Assembly (NCBI GenBank): GCA_964016885.1
Contig: OZ024742.1
Coordinates: 156,116,001 to 156,180,000 of the forward strand
Reading direction: 5' to 3'
Length of the DNA stretch: 64,000 nt
Source: Eledone cirrhosa
Taxonomy: Eukaryota
Part shown: positions 1 through 14,131 of the stretch, piece after piece
Numbering within the stretch: the first letter of the stretch is position 1
How the letters are laid out: each line of letters starts with the position of its first letter
Position numbers and translations under genes: made by a program
Notes under the pieces: generated by a model
What the model saw: the letters and a program-made list of their open reading frames with translations, nothing else
What the model was told of the DNA's origin: nothing
The model's database searches: none

Positions 1-370
1 GTAATTCAGTGAAACTACACACTGATTGGTCGAAATACAGTTTACAGGGCTTTGCATTCTGGAGCCACTTTTCTCTGTATAAAATGTATAAAAGGTAGTA
101 AATTTACCCATCTCATTACAGTTGAAAATTGCAAACTCGACTGTCACCACATATCATGAACCTGAAGATTGCGAAAGCATGAAAGTACTTGTTCAATTAA
201 CACTTAGAAATTAATATTCTATCATACTATTTCATTATAATACCATATTATATATATTTTAAAGGATTGTAAATAAAACGAGTAAATCAGACAAAGTTGT
301 AATTCCTCTTATTAATATAATCTTCTATACACAATCATACACACCCGTGTATATTTACCTATCTATATCT
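1..370 (+). mobile_element. 3' non-coding end (pLTR) of PLE family A, cut by window start
   Basis: Near-identical to 9405-9780, which follows the GIY-YIG ORF ending at 9185; carries a hammerhead motif; runs into (TA)n. Confidence 0.8.
157..195 (+). ncRNA. Minimal type I hammerhead ribozyme, family A
   Basis: TGAAC-CTGAAGA-tTGC gaaa GCAt-GAAA-GTAC-TT-GTTCA: stem I TGAAC/GTTCA, palindromic stem III. Confidence 0.75.
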
Positions 371-402
371 ATACATATATATATATATACATATACACAC
401 AC

Positions 403-443
<41 letters not shown>

Positions 444-498
444 AACATATATATACATACATATACATACATACATACATTCATATACATACACACAT

Positions 499-569
<71 letters not shown>

Positions 570-646
570 CCTATATATATATATACATACTTACACATAA
601 ACATATATATATACATAGATACGTACATATATATATATATATATAT

Positions 647-677
<31 letters not shown>

Positions 678-710
678 CATACATACATACATATATACAT
701 TTATATATAT

Positions 711-750
<40 letters not shown>

Positions 751-963
751 TCACATATATATATATATATACATACATACATACTTATATATGTACACAT
801 GTACATATATATATATACATAATATACATACATATACATATACATATACATACATATATATACACATATATATACATACATATATATATACGTACATATA
901 CACATATATATATACATATACATACATATACATATACGTATACATAGAAACATATATATATAT

Positions 964-994
<31 letters not shown>

Positions 995-1010
995 CATATA
1001 TATGTATAAA
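360..1010. repeat. Degenerate (TA)n/(TACA)n microsatellite
   Basis: Direct reading. Confidence 0.95.
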
Positions 1011-1027
1011 CACACCTGTAAGTGAAC

Positions 1028-4000
1028 AGTATAAGCTCGTGCACCCACGCACCCATGTCCATACACACACCCCACCCACCCACGCATATATATATATATA
1101 TATACACATACATACGTATCTACACGCACACACACGCACATATACCCACACGTATGTCCACATTTAAACAAAACTCGTGAACCTAAACACAATATGATAA
1201 TAAAATAAAACACGTAAATAAATTTACAATATTTTAGGGTACATTAAATCTGTATGTAACTGTATAAATAGGTACAGGAAACGAAGGGGTAAAATAAAGG
1301 AACGGGTAAAATAAAATAAAAAAAATAAAAAATAATAATTTTAGATAGTATTAATTTAGATAGTATTAACGCCACGGCAAACAATATAGTGACGGGGCTA
1401 GAACTAGAAGATAGGACCGAGGTATATGTACCTAGAGGTTCACGTATATCTATTAAGGACCACAAATTATACTTTAAAACTAAACTACCGGTTAGGTTAA
1501 TAGCACCCTTCAAATCCGACCTAGGAAAGACCAGTAAGAATATTATAGATAGGATAATACCGATACTTAGAAACAAAACTAAGCTTAGTCTCTGGACCTC
1601 CACCAAGGAGCTAATTGACTGGTTCTCAGCAATAGATGACAAACACCAAGTAAACTTTATCCAGCTAGACATAGATGGCTATTACGCGACGGTATCTCCG
1701 ATACTAGTCAATGAGGCTCTGATAAGCGCCATGGCCAGATCTAGCCTCACTGGGGTCGAGACCAATCTCATAGTAGCAGCCAGAAAGAGGCTAATTAGTT
1801 TCGAAGACAAGTTATGGGAGAGGAGGGACAGACCCGACAGTTTCGATATCACCATGGGGTCAAGTGACTCGGCACAGGTGACCGACCTGGTGGGGATATA
1901 TCTCATACATAGGCTGACGGAGGAGATCCCGGGGATCGGAGGTGGAATATACAGAGACGACGCACTTTTCACCTTCCGTTCCCTTAAGCCCAGTCAGATG
2001 TAGCGCATGAGGAACCGCATATCGTATTTCTTTAAACAATACGGCTTATCCGTGACAATCGACACTAGCACTAAGACGGTCAATTTCCTGGATGTTACCT
2101 TAGAAATGAATACGGACATCCACAGACCGTACTATAAGCCCAACGTAAACCTGCAATATGTGAACAGGCAATCGAATCACCCTAAGTCAGTCATAGAAGC
2201 AATAGTTAAAGGGGTGTCTAAACGCGTATCCACCCTGTCGTCGAACGCAGAATTGTTTAAACAGCACGCCGAATATTATAATGAGGCACTGCACAGGGCC
2301 GCTTACAAAGACGCCATAAAGTAGAGCCTAATGATATGGCGTGCGGAAATGCCAATAGTGAGGGCGCCTCCCTAGGTAGAAGAATTGACCCGGTAGCAGT
2401 AGCCAGGAACACAAATAACAACACTACTAACTTTAATGACACAGGACCTACCAGAGATAGGACTAAGGCCCCCCATGGGAGCCATACCACCCAGTGTGCG
2501 GAGGCATAGGCCTGGCACGCACACTGCATACTCCGTGTCAACTGGGACCTTGGACAGGACTTCGACAAATAAAAACGGGGCACACACCACGGAGCACGAA
2601 CAGCCTAGTTCTAGTGCCACAGCACCGACGATAGCATCACATAGACCAAGGGGAATAGACGAATAGATGACCACATAGAACGACGTAACTCTATAACTGT
2701 AGAACATAACCACGACGAACTTAGCAGGCAAATAGACAAGGACAACAATGGAGGTGGGGCAGAGCACTGGACCGACACCGAGCCCTAGACACAACAACAT
2801 AAATCCACGCACACGAAGGAACAGATCTAAAGCCGTTACCTGGTTCAATGCGCCTTACTCTAAACATGTACGCACCAACGTGCCAGGAATTTTCTTCCGA
2901 GCGCTGGATGAGTGCTTTCCGACGACAAATAAGTACCACAAAATCTTCAACCGCCACAGGGTGAAATCTTCCTTCTCCAAGGCGCCGAATATGGCCGACT
3001 ACATGGCTAGAACTAACGCGGTGAAGATGGCGCACACTGGCCGTCAACCGCGGCGACAGAGTAACCGGGTTTCGGAGCGCGGAGAACCAACTAGGGACCC
3101 GCCTTCAAATGACAACCCGACCACCGAAGCGACTGGTGCGCCCGCCGAGGGCGATATGGTCCAACACCGGGAGGGAAATGGTGGCACGGGGGTGGGACAC
3201 AAATGTGTCGGCGGTGCAACACACCGAGAACCCCGAGAGGGCCATAACAGATCGGGGCCGGGACATCGGACGCACAATAAATGACAACAGAACTTGCAAC
3301 TGTAGAGCGGGTACCCAGTGCCCCCTACAGGGAAAATGCTTAATAAAAGACTTAGTATACAAGTGTGTGGTTACAACCCAGAATGCACATCGAACCTACA
3401 TCGGAGCAACATCCACGACCTTTAAATCGCGGATGTATTATAACACGAATTCCTTCAGGGATCGTAGCAAAAGGCACTCCACAAGATTAGCGGACCTCGT
3501 GTGGGACATGAAAGACCACGGCGTCTCATACGCCCTGGAATGGAGTATCGTTCTCTGCGCGCGTGCATTTTCGGCCGGAAATAGTGCCGACTGTGCTTAC
3601 ACGAGGCCACGGAGATAGTCAGACTGAAGGATGACGCCGTCAACCTGAAGTCTGAAATTATTATGACATGCAGACACCAGAGAAGATGCACTTTTGCAGC
3701 AATGGAATCCGCCGGGTGACGCAGCCAGGGTGCAAGAGCATGAGAACGTACAGACCCGATTGGCCTAGCGGGATTAGGGGACCTGACGCCATACCATGAT
3801 GACGACGTCCGACCCGCGGGGCAATCATATGTAGACCGGGTGCGCACGTGACCGGGCACGCAACATTGGAAGATGCACCGCATGGGCTGGGCCTGGCTGA
3901 CACAAGGCCCACTGCCGCCTGGACCTGAGCACTAAACGTTTAGAACAGCACCCAAGACAAGGTGCCATGCCACATGGCGACCGTGGCGGGCGTCACCTTG

Positions 4001-4623
4001 AATGTGTACACCGTCAATCGCGACTATATACTCTACACCTGTTCCACTTTGGAAAAATGATTGTTAATATTGTTGTATAATTGTTTTGTTACTGTTACCT
4101 GTTCTATACACGGACACGAGCTTGCATCTCATAATGCCTGCGTAATATGTCACATGGACGCACGCACCTTCTCCCATACCTCCATCCCGTTTTTTTTTCG
4201 ATTTTTCTTTTTTTTCTTTTTTTTTCTTTTTTTTTCTTTTTTTTCTTTTTTCTCTTTTTTTTCTTTTTTTTCTTTTTTTTCTTTTTTTTCTTTTTTTTTC
4301 TTTTTTTCTTTTTTTTTCTTTTTTCTTTTTTTCTTTTTTTTCTTTTTTTTTCTATTTTGTTTCTTTTTTTTCTGTTTTACTTTTTTCTTTTTAACTTTTT
4401 TCTTTTTTCTTTTTTTCTTTTTATATATTACCCGTTCCTTTATTTTACCCCTTCGTTTCCTGTACCTATTTATACAGTTACATACAGATTTAATGTACCC
4501 TAAAATATTGTAAATTTATTTACGTATTTTATTTTATTATCATATTGTGTTTAGGTTCACGAGTTTTTTTTTAAGTGTGGGGTGTGTGTATGGGCATGGG
4601 TGCGTGGGTGCACGAGCTTATAC
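1028..4623 (+). mobile_element. 5'-truncated Penelope-like retroelement (Naiad-like) with inverted terminal arms
   Basis: 1165-1315 is the reverse complement of ~4425-4572, and 1028-1075 of 4575-4623; encloses RT and GIY-YIG remnants; T-rich tract at 4190-4425. Confidence 0.8.
1389..3719 (+). pseudogene. Disrupted PLE reverse transcriptase plus C-terminal GIY-YIG endonuclease
   Basis: QLDIDGYY, ITMGSSDSAQVTDLVG, IYRDD, VNFLDVTL, SNHP, WFNAPYS; CNCxxxxxCPLQGKC, VY..YIG; after a frameshift CRLCLHE..NLKSE..CRH ending in TGA at 3717-3719; TAG at 2001 and several frameshifts. Confidence 0.88.
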
Positions 4624-4729
4624 GCGCCTGTGTGTGCAGACATGTGTATATATATATGTGTGGCCGATTGTGGGTGTATGTGTGTGTGGGGGGATGTATA
4701 CGTGTGTCTATATATGACCTTATGTATGT

Positions 4730-4800
<71 letters not shown>

Positions 4801-5226
4801 TATATGTGTATGAGTGAGTAAGTACGTATAGCCACATATGTGTAGGTGTGTGTGCGGGCGATTAAGTGTGCGTATATATATCTGGATGTGCATGGGTGTA
4901 TATATGTGGATGCGTGTGTGGGTGGAGGTGCCTACATTCACGAGCCTCTATATGTGTGCATATGTATTTGTGCATACATGTATGCGTTTATGTGCATCTC
5001 TTGGGAATGTGTGCGGATGTTGATATATGGACTATATATGTTTTTTTCATTATTATTATTATTATTATTGTTGTATTATTTTATCACATATGCTCTATAC
5101 ATACCCGTATATATGCGTATATGTACGTATGAGTCTGTGTACGTGTGCGTCTGTGTATGTGTGTGTGTGTATATATATACGTAGGTGCGTATATGTATGT
5201 GTGTGTGTGTATATATGTATAATAGG

Positions 5227-5286
<60 letters not shown>

Positions 5287-5290
5287 TATA

Positions 5291-5331
<41 letters not shown>

Positions 5332-5821
5332 ACATGTATACCAAATTGTATATTATATTTCATTGTATGTTTTTCTTATGTTATTATATTATGGTATTTG
5401 TATGTATATGTGTGGATGTGCGTATTCATGCTAAGTTGTTCCTTTTTCTTTTGTGTGTATATATGTGTATATATATATATACTTATATAAAATATCTATA
5501 TATCTATATATGGGTGTGTGTATGAACGTGTGTAGGCAATGTTTATGTACGTATGTGTTCGTATGTGTGTGTGGACATGTGTGAGTTTACGTTTGTGTAT
5601 ATATTTGTGTGTATGTATATCTATACATATAGTTATGTAATGAACAACATAAGATAATTATTTCAATTACCAGCGGTTTCTTGAAAGCAAACGATATTTA
5701 CTTACATTCATTAGAATGAAAAAATCCTAGGTGTGTATATATATGTGTGTATGCCCATTTACGTATATGTGTATGTAACTGAATGTATGTGTGTATGTAT
5801 ATATGCGTGTGTATGAGCGTG

Positions 5822-5872
<51 letters not shown>

Positions 5873-6087
5873 GAGTTGAACAAAAATGAAAACGAAATTT
5901 CATTTCTCATTCTTAGTATGGCACTTACTTAAATGTAAGTGTTGAACAAAAAAGTGACGTGGTTGCCTTAACACCGTATGGCATAAATTCAGGCTGTTCG
6001 ATTTGTTGACAAACAAGCGAACAAAGCTGCGTTATAATAAACGTCGGCTAAACTGATGCGTGCATATATGTATGTGTACCTGTATGC

Positions 6088-6157
<70 letters not shown>

Positions 6158-6403
6158 ATATATGCATGCTACTGTACGTCTGTATACATATATGTATGTA
6201 CGTATACATACATACTTACATTTAAGTAAGTGCCATACTAAGAGTGAGAAATGAAATTTCGTTTTCATTTTTTTTTTCAACTTGTCGTTTTCGGTATGCC
6301 TGACCGATTTAACTCACTCAATATGCAAATTAGGCTGCTCAGCCGTTAATTTTCATGAGGAAAGTATATACTTTCGAACGTTCAACTATCTGGCAGATGG
6401 GTA

Positions 6404-6448
6404 AACGGTGCTGATGATAGCTAACAAGCTTGAAACTAGTACATCGTT
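6404..6448 (+). ncRNA. Hammerhead ribozyme family B copy 1
   Basis: AACGGTG-CTGATGA-tAGC taacaa GCTt-GAAA-CTAG-TA-CATCGTT; 7-bp stem I, GUA site. Confidence 0.85.
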
Positions 6449-6606
6449 CCTGTGTCAGTGTTGAACAAAAAGGTGACGTGGTTGCCTTAACACCGTATGG
6501 CATAAATTCAGGCTGTTCGATTTGTTGACAAACAAGCGAACAAAGCTGCGTTATAATAAACGTCGGCTAAACTGATGCGTGCATATATGTATGTGTACCT
6601 GTATGC

Positions 6607-6691
<85 letters not shown>

Positions 6692-6929
6692 TGCTACTGT
6701 ACATCTGTATACATATATGTATGTACGTATACATACATACTTACATTTAAGTAAGTGCCATACTAAGAGTGAGAAATGAAGTTTCGTTTTCACATCTTTT
6801 TTTCAACTTGTCGTTTTCGGTTAGCCTGACCGATTTACCTCACTCAATATGCAAATTAGGCTGCTCAGCCGTTAATTTTCATAAGGAAAGTATATACTTT
6901 CGAACGTTCAACTATCTGGCAGATGGGTA

Positions 6930-6974
6930 AACGGTGCTGATGATAGCTAACAAGCTTGAAACTAGTACACCGTT
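6930..6974 (+). ncRNA. Hammerhead ribozyme family B copy 2
   Basis: As copy 1; 3' stem I reads CACCGTT, converting a G-U pair to G-C. Confidence 0.85.
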
Positions 6975-7158
6975 CCTGTGTCAGTGTTGAACAAAAAGGT
7001 GACGTGGTTGCCTTAACACCGTATGGCATACATTCAGGCTGTTCGATTTGTTGACAAACAAGCGAACACAGTTGCGTTATAATAAACGTCGGCTAAACTG
7101 ATGCGTGCATATATGTATGTGTACCTGTATGCATATGTGTGTATATATATATATATAT

Positions 7159-7228
<70 letters not shown>

Positions 7229-7464
7229 TGCTACTGTACGTCTGTATACATATATGTATGTACGTATACATACATACTTACATTTAAGTAAGTGCCATAC
7301 TAAGAGTGAGAAATGAAATTTCGTTTTCATTTTTTTTTCAACTTGTCGTTTTCGGTATGCCTGACCGATTTAACTCACTCAATATGCAAATTAGGCTGCT
7401 CAGCCGTTAATTTTCATAAGGAAAGTATATACTTTCGAACGTTCAACTATCTGGCAGATGGGTA

Positions 7465-7508
7465 AACGGTGCTGATGATAGCTAACAAATTGAAACTAGT
7501 ACATCGTT
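7465..7508 (+). ncRNA. Hammerhead ribozyme family B copy 3 (stem II damaged)
   Basis: Core intact; stem II region reads TAGCTAACAAATT. Confidence 0.65.
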
Positions 7509-7666
7509 CCTGTGTCAGTGTTGAACAAAAAGATGACGTGGTTGCCTTAACACCGTATAGCATAAATTCAGGCTGTTCGATTTGTTGACAAACAAGCGAA
7601 CAAAGATGCGTTATAATAAACGTCGGCTAAACTGATGCGTGCATATATGTATGTGTACCTGTATGC

Positions 7667-7729
<63 letters not shown>

Positions 7730-7965
7730 TGCTACTGTACGTCTGTATACATATATGTATGTACGTATACATACATACTTACATTTAAGTAAGTGCCATA
7801 TTAAGAGTGAGAAATGAAATTTCGTTTTCATTTTTTTTTTAACTTGTCGTTTTCGGTATGCCTGACCGATTTAACTCACTCAATATGCAAATTAGGCTGC
7901 TCAGCCATTAATTTTCATAAGGAAAGTATATACTTTCGAACGTTCAACTATCTGGCAGATGGGTA

Positions 7966-8010
7966 AACGGTGCTGAAGATAGCTAACAAGCTTGAAACTA
8001 GTACATCGTT
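7966..8010 (+). ncRNA. Hammerhead ribozyme family B copy 4
   Basis: Core CTGAAGA (change at the tolerant N7 position); stems intact. Confidence 0.85.
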
Positions 8011-8179
8011 CCTGTGTCAGTGTTGAACAAAAAGGTGACGTGGTTGCCTTAACACAGTATGGCATAAATTCAGGCTGTTCGATTTGTTGACAAACAAGCG
8101 AACAAAGCTGCGTTATAATAAACGTCGGCTAAACTGATGCGTGCATATATGTATGTGTACCTGTATGCATATGTGTGTA

Positions 8180-8271
<92 letters not shown>

Positions 8272-8509
8272 TGCTACTGTACATCTGTATACATATATGT
8301 ATGTACGTATACATACATACTTACATTTAAGTAAGTGCCATACTAAGAGTGAGAAATGAAATTTCGTTTTCACATTTTTTTTTCAACTTGTCGTTTTCGG
8401 TATGCCTGACCGATTTAACTCACTCAATATGCAAATTAGGCTGCTCAGCCGTTAATTTTCATAAGGAAAGTATATACTTTCGAACGTTCAACTATCTGGC
8501 AGATGGGTA

Positions 8510-8554
8510 AACGGTGCTGATGATAGCTAACAAGCTTGAAACTAGTACATCGTT
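8510..8554 (+). ncRNA. Hammerhead ribozyme family B copy 5
   Basis: Identical to copy 1. Confidence 0.85.
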
Positions 8555-8728
8555 CCTGTGTCAGTGTTGAACAAAAAGGTGACGTGGTTGCCTTAACACC
8601 GTATGGCATACATTCAGGCTGTTCGATTTGTTGACAAACAAGCGAACAAAGCTGCGTTATAATAAACGTCGGCTAAACTGATGCGTGCATATATGTATGT
8701 GTACCTGTATGCATATGTGTGTATATAT

Positions 8729-9185
8729 AAAACATTTGAAGCAATTGCTAACAAAAGCAAAGTTTGACCTTAACAACAAAGACCAATCATTCACTGTATC
8801 TAAATGCAATGATAATCGATGCGGCACATGTCAATCCATACACGCCGGTCAATATATGAAAACAAAAACTGGAAAAATATTCACAAATGCAAATATGAAC
8901 TGCAAAAGCAGAAATCTAATTTACTGCATTAAATGCCCGAATTGTGAAGAACTATATGTCGGTCAAACTGGAAATGCACTATCGGAACGTGCACGGGTAC
9001 ACCGTCAACAAATCAGAGACCCAAATGTCCGTCAGATACCCCTAAGCGGCCACCTGGCAACATGTGGTCAGGGAATATTTATAATATTCCCATTCTACAA
9101 ATTACACAGCCCAAGTGAAATCAAGAGAAAAATCAAAGAAAAGAATTTTATTGATAAATTCAAACCCAAGCTAAATGAACAATAA
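8729..9185 (+). pseudogene. PLE GIY-YIG endonuclease C-terminal fragment (Nematis/Neptune-like)
   Basis: KC..RCGTC, NCKSRNLIYCIKCPNC..LYVGQTG..L.ER..VH, H, E..FI.KFKPKLN. Confidence 0.85.
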
Positions 9186-9560
9186 TAACGCCTAGGGGTA
9201 TTACTTCTACTACCACTATGACCACGACCACTAACAACAACAACAACAACAATAATAATAATAATAAAAGTGATGTTGATGGTGATGATTAATAGAAAAT
9301 GCTATTTTCATCATTTCAAAAAAGCAAAACAATTAATACGTTGGATATGACTATTGGTCGTTAGCATGCTCAACCAGCCGTGACGCTTAAACCAATCAGC
9401 TGTAGTAATTCAGTGAAACTACACACTGATTGGTCGAAATACAGTTTACAGTGCTTTGTATTCTGGAGCCACTTTTCTCTGTATAAAATGTATAAAAGGT
9501 AGGAAATTTACCCATCTCATTACAGTTGAAAATTGCAAACTCGACTGTCACCACATATCA

Positions 9561-9599
9561 TGAACCTGAAGATTGCGAAAGCATGAAAGTACTTGTTCA
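9561..9599 (+). ncRNA. Hammerhead ribozyme family A copy 2
   Basis: Identical to 157-195; lies in the pLTR downstream of the GIY-YIG ORF. Confidence 0.78.
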
Positions 9600-10040
9600 A
9601 TTAACACTTAGAATTTAATATTCTATAAATACTATTTCATTATAATACCATTATATATATTTTAAAGGATTGTAAATAAAACGAGTGAATCAGACAAAGT
9701 TGGAATTCCTCTTATTAATATAATCTTCTATACACAATCATACACACCCGTGTATATTTACCTATCTATATCTATCTATCTATATATATATATATATATA
9801 TGCATGCTACTGTACGTCTGTATACATATATGTATGTACGTATACATACATACTTACATTTAAGTAAGTGCCATACTAAGAGTGAGAAATGAAATTTCGT
9901 TTTCATTTTTTTTTCAACTTGTCGTTTTCGGTATGCCTGACCGATTTAGCTCACTCAATATGCAAATTAGGCTGCTCAGCCGTTAATTTTCATAAGGAAA
10001 GTATATACTTTCGAACGTTCAACTATCTGGCAGATGGGTA

Positions 10041-10085
10041 AACGGTGGTGATGATAGCTAACAAGCTTGAAACTAGTACATCGTT
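10041..10085 (+). ncRNA. Hammerhead family B copy 6 (core mutated, likely inactive)
   Basis: GTGATGA instead of CTGATGA. Confidence 0.6.
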
Positions 10086-10246
10086 CCTGTGTCAGTGTTG
10101 AACAAAAAGGTGACGTGTTTGCCTTAACACCGTATGGCATAAATTCAGGCTGTTCGATTTGTTGACAAACAAGCGAACAAAGCTGCGTTATAATAACCGT
10201 CGGCTAAACTGATGCGTGCATATATGTATGTGTACCTGTATGCATA

Positions 10247-10369
<123 letters not shown>

Positions 10370-10607
10370 TGCTACTGTACGTCTGTATACATATATGTAT
10401 GTACGTATACATACATACTTACATTTAAGTAAGTGCCATACTAAGAGTGAGAAATGAAATTTCGTTTTCATTTTTTTTTTTCAACTTGTCGTTTTCGGTA
10501 TGCCTGACCGATTTAACTCACTCAATATGCAAATTAGGCTGCTCAGCCGTTAATTTTCATAAGGAAAGTATATACTTTCGAACGTTCAACTATCTGGCAG
10601 ATTGGTA

Positions 10608-10652
10608 AACGGTGCTGATGATAGCTAACAAGCTTGAAACTAGTACATCGTT
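10608..10652 (+). ncRNA. Hammerhead ribozyme family B copy 7
   Basis: Identical to copy 1. Confidence 0.85.
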
Positions 10653-11046
10653 CCTGTGTCAGTGTTGAACAAAAAGTTGACGTGGTTGCCTTAACACCGT
10701 ATGGCATACATTCAGGCTGTTCGATTTGTTGACAAACAAGCGAACAGAGCTGCGTTATAATAAACGTCGGCTAAACTGATGCGTGCATATATGTATGTGT
10801 ACCTGTATGCATATGTGTGTGTATATATATATATATATATGCATGCTACTGTACGTCTGTATACATATATGTACGTATACATACATACTTACATATATAT
10901 ATATATATATATTAATAAGGAACGCTCGCCTTCACACATATATATATATATATACATTATAATACCATTATAATACCATTATATATTTTAAAGATTTGTA
11001 AATAAAACGAGTAAGTCAGACAAAATTGGAATTCCTCTTATTAATA

Positions 11047-11204
<158 letters not shown>

Positions 11205-11430
11205 CAGAAGGGAACGGATGAAAAACACAAAAGCACGAACTTCATCCGTTCCCATGTCGATTCAATTTGGATTGCCTCGGAAACAACCTTATTATGTAAC
11301 AACCTGTCTGATGATGTCACGACACTCGCACACAGAACAGTGTGGCCAGTGTCGTCATTGAAATATATATCACACCATTATTATTAGAGGACTTGAACAT
11401 CTGAAACTACTTCGCTTTTACTTATTCGAT
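11205..11430 (+). mobile_element. Short non-coding dispersed repeat family C (second copy at 20585-20810, minus strand)
   Basis: High similarity to the reverse complement of 20585-20810; 5' hairpin GGGAACGGATGAA..TTCATCCGTTCCC. Confidence 0.75.
11303..11376 (+). ncRNA. Hammerhead family C with extended stem II
   Basis: TGT-CTGATGA-[ACGACACT..CACAC..GTGTG..AGTGTCGT]-GAAA-TATATA-TC-ACA. Confidence 0.7.
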
Positions 11431-11501
11431 ATTTACTCCGTCACGCTTATATGGAAAAATTACGTTGAGTGCTTGATATGAATTGCATCTATATTTACCC
11501 T

Positions 11502-11579
<78 letters not shown>

Positions 11580-11801
11580 ATTTCGTTTCTGAATTTGTTT
11601 AGCAAGATTCTTTATCTGAAATCGTGTGTTGAAACCGATATTGTTATACTTTGGGAGGGTCATGTTGCCAATAAGAAACACACGCACCAGTGCTTCACTT
11701 CAATTTATTATATATTTATAAATTTATAAATTTACAAATTTACAAACTTATAAATTTCTGGTTGGTTGGTTGGTTCCACAACCAGATAGTTGTTTATATA
11801 T

Positions 11802-11846
11802 AGTTATAGTCCTTTCGTTACACACTCTGTGACCTCTTCAGTGACT
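11802..11846 (-). ncRNA. Hammerhead family D
   Basis: Reverse complement of the motif at 12316-12360, with two stem substitutions. Confidence 0.65.
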
Positions 11847-12315
11847 GGTGATTCCTTTCTTCGTTTCTGTGCCTTTCCTTTCTTCTATCCTACGCCATTT
11901 TGTTTCTGTGTGTGTGTTGTGTGCTCAGTTTGCACATGCGCTACATCCGGGTGTCTGTGTGTGTTTGTGTTCATTTATCTATTTGTTTATTTATTTATTT
12001 ATTTATTGTTGGTTGGTTGTTTGTTCTATGTGTGTGTGTGTTTTCATTTTATTTTGTTATTAAGGACAAAATGAAAACAGACACAAAATGAAAACACACA
12101 CAGGACAAAATAAAATGAAAACACACACACACATAGAACAAACAACCAACCAACAATAAATAAATAAATAAATAAACAAATAGATAAATGTACACAAACA
12201 CACACAGACACCCGGATGTGGCGCATGCGCAAACTGAGCACACAACACACACACAGAAACAAAATGGCGTAGGATAGAAGAAAGGAAAGGCACAGAAACG
12301 AAGAAAGTAATCCCC

Positions 12316-12360
12316 AGTCACTGAAGAGGTCACAGAGTGTGTGACGAAAGGACTATGACT
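12316..12360 (+). ncRNA. Hammerhead family D
   Basis: AGTCA-CTGAAGA-gGTCACA gagtg TGTGAC-GAAA-GGAC-TA-TGACT. Confidence 0.8.
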
Positions 12361-13087
12361 ATATATAAACAACTATCTGGTTGTGGAACCAACCAACCAA
12401 CCAGAAATTTATAAGTTTGTAAATTTGTAAATTTATAAATTTATAAATATATAATAAATTGAAGTGAAAGCAACTGGTGCGTGTGTTTCTTATTGGCAAC
12501 ATGACCCTCCCAAAGTATAACAATATATATATATATATATTTTTTTTAATGTATAGAAGGTTGGCCGTATGTGTGTGTGCGCGCATAAGTATGTATATAT
12601 GTTTACGTTTGAATAAGACATGCTAACCCAACTGATATAAAACAGTCAGAAGGCACGTGGCGGCATGTATCAACAAGTGTGTGTGACTGGGTACATGGTA
12701 GTGAGGGAGAGAGGGTGGGTGAGTATATATACAGCGATGTATGTATGTGGCGGTGTGGGTGTCTGCGCTTGTAGACGTACGTGTGTGTATGCGTAGATAG
12801 GTATGTGTCTGAATATGTGTGTGTTATTATGTGTTTATTCTAGTATATGTGGGGGCTTACTCTGAAGTGTGAGTAGACGTGTGAAGTATTGAACCCAGCA
12901 TGACTCCATTGAAATGTGTCGGACGGAAAATGGTCGATGAACCGTGTGGCAGCAGATACTGACCAGAACATGTGATGACGTGGAGTAAAAACAGCCAATG
13001 GCATGAAAGGAGTGGAAAGAGGGTTTTTTGAGGGTGTTGTTTTGATGATAACACCCCAGTGATCAAATTTGCCTCGGACGTAACACC

Positions 13088-13178
13088 CGTGTCTGAGTAA
13101 ACCCGCATAAGTAGAATCAGCCAGATCCATACAAGGACCATCACTCGAGCTACATGGCGGCGAAACATTTGTAACACG
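13088..13178 (+). ncRNA. Hammerhead-like motif E with long stem II and variant core
   Basis: CGTGT-CTGAGTA-..CCGC..GCGGc-GAAA-CATTTG-TA-ACACG; perfect 5-bp stem I, G8 replaced by U. Confidence 0.55.
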
Positions 13179-13596
13179 AAATAAACTACGTCCAGATACA
13201 TCACTAATTTTTCGTTTTCTTTATAATATATATACATATACAAATATATATATATATAATTTTATATATTTTTTATTTCCTTCTATTATCTTTTATTGTC
13301 TTCTACTCTTATTCGATTTACCTATTCTATAACCCCGCTCCTCCACTTCATACACTATCCTTAGAATCTGCTGTATACATATCACTTTCAACGCTTATCC
13401 GCTCCACTCACTTACCTATTGTTCTACAGGCAAGCTCAGCCACCCCTACCTCACACCAAATGCCATGATAGACTTATTTGCGTTTACCAAACATTTTAAG
13501 CAATCCTCTTGACAACTACAATCTTCCCATATAAGGAAGTACTCCCTTGACAAGTTCGGCTATTTATTCACCAGGCTAAACATTCTAATTTAGTCC

Positions 13597-14047
13597 AGAA
13601 ATAGCCGTCGAAACGGCTTGAGCTCTGCCGTCGGGGTCATACTTGTTACTATTTCCCACTCTACTACCCTAAGTATTGAGTACTCTGGTGCGTTATGGTC
13701 CATCTGGTTCCTTACCACAATTCCTTTGTATATATATATATACAGATATGTATTTCTTGGAAAATATAATTGTTTCTACTTTTGGCACAAGGCCAGCAGT
13801 TAACCAGTACATTACTGGTACTATATTTTATCGACCCCGTAAGGATGAAAGGCAAAGTCAACCTCGGCGGGATTTGAACTCAGATCATAAAGGGACGTAA
13901 CTATGCTCGAAAACATGGCGTCCAACCCTCTACCGATACTGCCAATAAAATATAATGGGAACTGAAAGTGTTCAGTAAAATATTCAGTATTAATATACTC
14001 AACCTTCAAATGAGAATGCGTGGGTGTTTGCTTGTTTGTATTTATTC

Positions 14048-14095
<48 letters not shown>

Positions 14096-14100
14096 GCGCG

Positions 14101-14131
<31 letters not shown>

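Larger units (their letters stand above)
8729..9780 (+). mobile_element. 5'-truncated PLE family A (GIY-YIG end plus pLTR) inserted in the (TA)n of an array unit
   Basis: Array sequence stops at TATATATA 8721-8728 and resumes after (TA)n at ~9800. Confidence 0.85.
11581..12526. mobile_element. Fold-back (inverted pLTR pair) of PLE family D, non-coding
   Basis: 11638-12060 mirrors ~12100-12526; left arm has an extra ~57-nt tail; flanked by (TA)n. Confidence 0.88.

Noticed and set aside
2001-2735. Run of in-frame TAG codons suggesting stop-codon recoding
   Set aside because: Alternative frames are open across these stretches, so ordinary frameshift decay explains them
5648-5718. Minus-strand CTAATGA..GAAA-TAATTA-TC
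   Set aside because: Core G5 is mutated and stems are poor; not counted. The same applies to weak candidates near 17003, 17432, 20407 and 28518
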